Of a stretch of 64,000 nt of DNA, positions 1 to 64,000 are shown piece by piece. The stretch comes from Octopus sinensis (taxonomy: Eukaryota), in the NCBI RefSeq assembly GCF_006345805.1, contig NC_043016.1:28024001-28088000 (forward strand), given 5' to 3'. A program made the translations under genes and the position numbers. The stretch's first letter is position 1; each line of letters begins with the position of its first letter. The notes below the pieces were generated by a model. It saw only the letters and a list, made by a program, of their open reading frames with translations. It did not search any database and was not told the DNA's origin.

Positions 1-230
1 GGTGCCATGCAGTGAGACTGAACCTGAGGACACATAGTTCAGATGTAAGCTTCTTAACTATTTGGCTATGCCTGGTGGGTGTACAAATGGAATAAAAAGT
101 ACTTAGTACATACAGGTGAGTTTGTTTGTTGCCTGACTGAATGCATATAAGTGAGAAATACTGAAGAGACAGAGTGACTCATTAGCTTCTATGAAATGTG
201 TGTACGTACAAACATACATTATGTAAAGAA

Positions 231-2030
231 CATCATCATCATCATTATCATCGTTTACCATTCATTTTCCATGCTGGCATGAGTTGGGTGGTTCACTGGG
301 GTCTGGGAAGCCACGAGGTTGCACCAGGCTCTGGTCTGATCTGGCATTGTTTCTGCAGCTGGATGCCCTTCCTAAGGGCCACCATTCTGACAGTGTAGCG
401 GGTGCTTTTTGATGTACCACCAGCAAAGGGGCCAGAGGGGTCTGGCATTGACCATGATCGGATGGTGCTTTTTACATGCCACTGGCACGGAAGTCAGTCA
501 AGGTGGTGCTGGCATCGGCTATATTTGGTTGGTGCTTTTTACATGCCACTGGCACAGGGATCACAACTACAATTTCCATTTGAATATGATTTTGATGTAC
601 TTGACTCAATGGGTTTCCCCGAGCATGACATGTCGCCCTACGATCCAACGAACTTTTGAGTGGGCTGGTTATGCGACACTGGTGTAGGTTACACCTGTGA
701 ACTAACTTTGTTTGCCGGGTCTTCTCAATCACAGCATATCTCCAGAGGGCTCAGTCTTTTGTCATTGCCTCTGTGAGGCCCAACATTCCAAGATCATGCT
801 TCACCACCTCATCCCTTGTCTTCCTGGGTCTCCCTCTACCCTGGATTCCTTCCACTGTTTGGGAGTGGCACTTCTTCACACAGCTCTCCTCATTCATCCA
901 TAGTACATGACCATACCAACACAAATGTCTCTCTTGCACGCCACATCATGATGCTTCTTATGTCCAACATTTCTCTCAGGGCGCTTACACTCTGTTGCGT
1001 ATGCGCACTGACATTACACATCCAGTGGATCATTCTAATTTCATGTCTTTTGAGCCTACGCATATCTTCAGCAGTCACAGCCCATGTTTCACTATCGTGA
1101 AGCATGGCAGTTCGCACACATGCATCATACAATCTACCTTTCACTCTGAGCGAGAGTCACTAGTGGGGGTAAAAGCTTTCTGAACTTTGCCCAGGCTATT
1201 CTTATTCTAGTTGTAACACTCTGAGCATCCACCCTCACTACAGACTTGGTCACCTAGGTAGTAGAAGCTATCAACTACTTCTAGTTTCTCCCCTGGCATG
1301 TGATGGAATCTTTTTTCTGAGCATCTGTGGTGTTTATTGCCTCTGTGCATCTGCTGCACATGAAAGCTATCTTCCCAGTTAATCTTCCTTTGATGTTGCT
1401 GCTCTTCTTATGTGTCCATTGCTTACATTGGGTAGATCTTATGGAGTTTCTACCTACCTGAAAGGGTGTGTGATGTATTCGCCTTCCTATTTACTAGAAC
1501 TTTGGTCTTTGCAACATTGACTCTAAGGACCTTTGATTCTAAACCTTGCTTCCACACCTGAAATTTCTTCGAGTTCTGCTAGTGATTCTGCTCTGACGGC
1601 CAGGTTATCAGCATAGAGGAGTTCCCAAGGCCAACCTGTCTTGAATTACTCTGTTATTGCCTGTAGGACTATGATGATTAAGAGGGGGCTGAGGGCTGCT
1701 CCTTGGTGGACCCCTACTTCTACCCAGAATTCTTCACTATACTCATTGCCAACCCTAATCTTACTAACAGCATCTCTGTATAGGGCCTGTACAGCCCTTA
1801 TTAATCATTTGTCAATCCCCAGTTTCTGCATCACCCACCAGATAAAGGATTGAGGGACCTTGTCAAAGGCTTTCTCCAAGTCCACAAAAGTCAAGTATAG
1901 GGGTTTATCTTTGGCTAGGTATTTCTCCTGCAGCTGCCATACCAGGAATATAGCATCAGTGATGCTTCTACCTGGCACAAAACCAAACTGCATCTCATCT
2001 AAGCAGACTCTTTCCCTAATTAGTTGGGCT
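231..2030 (-). mobile_element. 5'-truncated RTE-clade LINE: RT C-terminal half, tandem-repeat 3' UTR, (GAT)n tail
   Basis: Disrupted frames QFGFVPGRSITDAIFLV..LTFVDLEKAFDKVP, GRLYDACVRTAMLH, GRGRPRKT; (CAT)n at 231-252 on +. Confidence 0.9.
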
Positions 2031-2633
2031 AAAAATTTTTTTTCTTTTATATAATTTTAAATTTCATATTCTGTTTCAAAAAATTAAAATTATATGTAAC
2101 TAATTTACAATTCAAGACAACTATCTATATTACATGTCTTTTTATGGTGGCATATAAGATGGTATTTCAAGATATAAAATGCAAGAATCCTTCTTAGACT
2201 CCTGGTAATGTCATCAAATGGCGCTTTGGCTACAATTTACTGTGTGTGTGTGTGTATGTAGCCTGATGACTTGGAAATTATATCTCAGGATGTGATTCCA
2301 TAGATTGCAAAGCTTATAAACAAAGAACTTTATGTGTTTGTGTGTGTGTGTGTGTGTGTATACACACATATATAAAACAATTTCACAGTTCATAAACTGT
2401 ATGAAAATTCCTGCTCTGATTTCCATGTAGGTGACATTAAAAACAATCTTGGAAAAGTTCTTGCATATGATGATATCGATTGATAAGAGAAGCACGAAAT
2501 ATAAATTTGAAGAGAGAATTTTTGGAGTTGTCATATTATATGTCAGTTGTCTTGGAATATTCAGTAATTATTTTTTAATATTGCGTAACTATTTTTGAAT
2601 TTTACAAGGTTTTTATAAATTTCACTACTTTAG

Positions 2634-60212
<57,579 letters not shown>

Positions 60213-60217
<5 letters not shown>

Positions 60218-60266
60218 ATGATGAATTGTTTTTACCAAAGATGTCTTATCAGGGATGGGAAATAAA
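60213..60266 (+). terminator. Candidate HIRA polyadenylation signals
   Basis: AATAAA at 60213-60218 (overlapping the stop) and 60261-60266; use not verifiable from DNA. Confidence 0.4.
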
Positions 60267-60355
60267 TTTAATTATTAAAAAAAAATTATGATTTCACAGA
60301 TAAGTGCTTGTTTTGTTATACTCGACTGAGTGTAAGTCCCTTGAGAGAAATGTTG

Positions 60356-61278
60356 GACTTAAGAAGCATCAGATGTGGTGTGCAAGAGAGATGACTGCGC
60401 TGGTATGGTCATGTGGCGAGAATGGATGAGGATAGCTGTGTGAAAAAGTGCCACACCCTAGCAGTTTAGGGAACCTGTGGAAGAGGTAGACCCAGGAAGA
60501 CCTGGGATGAAGTGGTGAAGCACGACCTTCGAACTTTAGGCCTCACCAAGGAAATGACTTGTGACCGACACTTTTGGAAATATGCCGTGTGTGAGAAGAC
60601 CTGGAAAGCCAAATGAGACCATAATCTTGTGGCCTATGCCACGGGAGTAACCAACCCACTTATGCGTATCTTTTCCTTCTTTGGACACTAAATCTCTGCT
60701 TGCAAAGACCTGTTGAGGCAAGTGAAATCAAAATCGAATTTGATGACTGGCATCCATGCGAGTGGGATGCAAAGAGCACCATATGAGTGTGATCATTGAC
60801 AGAGCAACTAACCGGCTTCCATGCCAGTGGCACTTAAAAGGCACCATTTGAGTGTGATCATTACCAGTGTTGCCTTACTGGCACTCGAGCCCCGTGCTAG
60901 TAGAGTATTAAGAGCACCATCCGAGCGTGATTGTTGCCAGAGTGGCTATCTGACCTCCGTGTCGGTGGCACGTAAAAGACACCATTCAAGCGTGATTGTT
61001 ACCAGCATCGCCTTACTGGCACCTGTGCCGGTGGCATGTGTAAAAGATTCGAGCGATGTCGTTGCCAGTACAGCCCGACTGGCCCCTTGCCGGTGGCACA
61101 TAAAAGCACCCACTACACTCTCAGAGTGGTTGGCGTTAGGAAGGGCATCCAGCTGTAGAAACTCTGCCAGATCAAGATTGAAGCCTGGTGCAGCCATCTG
61201 GTTCGCTAGCCCTCAGTCAAATCGTCCAACCCATGCTAGCATGGAAAGCGGACGTTAAATGATGATGATGATGATAAT
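60356..61278 (+). mobile_element. RTE LINE 3' fragment just downstream of the HIRA stop
   Basis: LRWYGHV..GRGRPRKTWDEVVKHDL, then about 5 tandem 64-73-bp units, conserved core, (GAT)n tail. Confidence 0.9.
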
Positions 61279-64000
61279 TTTGAAATATCATTTGAACATT
61301 TTTGTATAACATTTTCAGTAGAAAAAGTAACTTTTGAATATTAAAACATTAAACAAAAATTCTTTTGACGTAGGATTTTATATGTTGATATTTTTCTATG
61401 CTAAAAGTTATTAAATGTAACTGAAGGTGTAGAAAGATCGGTGGTAGGGTTTTATAATCCATTTATCTATCAATAGAACCAGCTAATTTTGGCCAAAAGT
61501 ATTGCAAATACAATGTTCTGACCAGCATTTCATTATTGATCACCTAGTTCTCACTGATTATTGAATGAGTAATCTGCTGGAAAGCACCAGATAAAGTTCT
61601 GAACCCACAAGTGTTTTCTAATAAACCCAAAAGTTCAAAAGGTTAGCATAACAAAGTCCAAAGAATTAATTGGTAGCCAATAACTGATAATCACAGTTTC
61701 CCTGTTTCCTCTCTATAACTCCATACTGTGTGCTCAGTGCAGGCAATGAGTACACAAGACGCAGTGAGATGTGTAATAAATTGACAAAGAACCAGGACTT
61801 TTGATGTATTGGAGTATTTAGCAATTGGAACTCCTCGGTTTACATATGTTTTTCTACTCTGATACGAGTTGTCATGGATTGACTTAGTTATTATTTGGAG
61901 TTACTGCTATCCAAGAAATGTTAGAGTACCACATCTTTCTTGTATGTTACATATTTGGCATAATTTCTACTGTAATCTCCTGTCACTAACCACTTGATAT
62001 ATTGTTCCATTGTACCAAGTACATTTTATCATGGTACCAGCACTAAAGCAGTTGTCTTACTCTTGGTGAGGTGAAAGAATCTTTTCTTTACCACTTTCCT
62101 TATATTTGTCCGTTTGCCAGAACAAAGTTACCTTATTTCTAGTTGAGTGGTGAAAGAGGACCAGAGTTAGATGACAGAGGAAAAAGTAATTGAAGCTTAT
62201 GGTAAAAAGGATTAGATATAAACATTATAAATGGTAATGAGGGATGAAGTAGGTTGGTAGAAGACAAAGGAAGATTGATGGATGTCAACAATGAGTGGTC
62301 ATGAGGAAGAGTAATGGTTAGGGTAACAAATAGTAATGGAAATTGATGATTGTAAGAGAAGGAAAATAACAGGTTCTAATGAGAAATGTTTAGAGGGAGG
62401 GATGGTTAATAATAAAGATGTGTTAGTGGTAAGGAAAAAATTGAATGTGGATAGATTTAGGATCTGTATAATGAAAGGGAGATAGTAATTGAGAGAAGAG
62501 TTTGGCATATGGAGACTTAATGTAAAAATAATGGAAATGAAGGTTTGCTCTGATAATACATCACTTTCCAACTCCATCCTTACCTGCTCTTCTAAAATCT
62601 GCTCCAGCCCTTTCTCTCACACATTATTCCTCTTTACTCTTTATTCTCCCAGCATAATGTTGCCCCTCATCATTCAAGTTCATAGTTTTGCAAGCCACAC
62701 AGTTACCTAGCAAGTACTGGTGGCATCCAGTACACAATGTAAAGTGGTTGGCATTAGGGAGGGCATCTAACCATAAAAAACATACCAGAATAGACACTAG
62801 AGTACAATAAAGTCCTTGAACTTGTCAGGTTCTGTCAAACCTATATCAATGTGGGACAATGATGGAAGTGGTTGTAGCAAAAGAATAGTACCTTTCATGA
62901 TAAAAGGTCGGGAAGTAATTAAAAAAATGTTCCTGCTATTGACAGCAAAAGGCAGAGATATACAAAACTTGTAGTAGTAGTGTAACATTTAAAATTACCT
63001 TTGGTTGATCATAGAACCTGGAACAGAAATGAGGTAATACAATCTACTGAATGTAGGTGCATGTGTGGCTGTATGGTCAGAAATTTTCTTTCCGACCACA
63101 TGGTTCTGGGTTCAGTCCCAGTGTATGGAACCTTGGGCAAGTGTCTTCTACTATATCCTCAGGCCAACCAAAACCTTGTGAGTTGATTTGGTAGATGGCC
63201 ATTGTGTGTGTGCATGCCCCATCACAGCTTGACAACTGGTGTTGGTGTGTTTACATGCCTGTAACTTAGCAGTTCAGCAAAAGAGAGCAATAGAATGATT
63301 ACCAGGCTTAAAAGAAAAAGTAACTACTGGGGTTGATTCATTGAACTGAAAATTTCTTCAAGGCATTTTCCCAGCAAGGCTGCAGTCTAATGACTGAAAC
63401 ATGTAAAAGATAAAACATGATGGTGACTTGAATGAAAAAAAATGAACTAACAATGGCTGTACGTTAATTGGCTGATGGTTGCACTTCGCATGGGGTATGT
63501 GATGCAAATTATGAATGTTGTATTAAAAGTACTGTTTAATCAGATGATTCAAAGTAGTAGTGGCAAATGACCACCCTTACCAAGTACAGGGTCAGCTATT
63601 GGGATATCAACATTAAATTATCTGGTCATTAAGAATGAAATGTCTGATTTTCTTATGCATCAAGTTTGACAGTCGTTGACTCTAGTATTTTATCCTGACA
63701 GTTCTTTGTTTTACAACATGGAAGAGTTACAGCTTCACTTTTCGAAATGGAATTCATGGTGTCTGATTATATTGTGAGTTTTCTCTTGTAAATCAATTTT
63801 TGTGAACCTGTGGATCATCATCATCATCATCATTTAACGTCCATGTTCCATGCATGGGTGGGACAGGACCACAAGAGCTGGCCATGGTGAAGCCTGCACC
63901 AGGCAATGCCCCAGCATGGCCACAGCCTAATGACTGGAACAAGTAAAAGATAAAAGTATGCACACACACACACATATTTCTGCTTTGTACATTAAATTAG

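Noticed and set aside
60740-61105. CRISPR-like repeat array
   Set aside because: Eukaryotic context; units are contiguous degenerate repeats with no unique spacers and belong to an RTE 3' UTR.
61280-64000. Start or end of a neighbouring gene
   Set aside because: Only SINEs, decayed LINE sequence and unique AT-rich DNA; no credible exon chain.

Overview
This is AT-rich animal genomic DNA. The repeat families and (TA)n load suggest an octopod cephalopod, which is inference only. One gene spans almost the whole window on the + strand: the 3' part of HIRA (histone H3.3 chaperone). I read 22 GT-AG exons by hand from 2634 to the stop at 60217. They cover the distal WD40 repeats, the ASF1-binding B domain (RRITP), the GRPRK motif and the C-terminal Hira domain; the 5' exons lie upstream of the window. 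The spliced frame is one nucleotide short at the conserved DISW motif (about 6373). The introns hold RTE, CR1-like and Penelope-like retroelements, tRNA-derived SINEs, Tigger/mariner/Tc1/piggyBac-type elements and long microsatellites. Most notable: (1) a 446-bp TSD-flanked retroposed unit headed by the 3' half of U6 snRNA; (2) several minimal type-I hammerhead ribozyme motifs with palindromic stem III in Penelope-derived and SINE-like repeats, where the three intact cores are all antisense to HIRA and one duplication breakpoint falls at the predicted cleavage site; (3) several long fold-backs, including a 302-bp spacer-less palindrome; (4) symmetric cassette and micro-exon candidates in the HIRA linker. 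All coordinates and alignments were done by eye; repeat boundaries are approximate.
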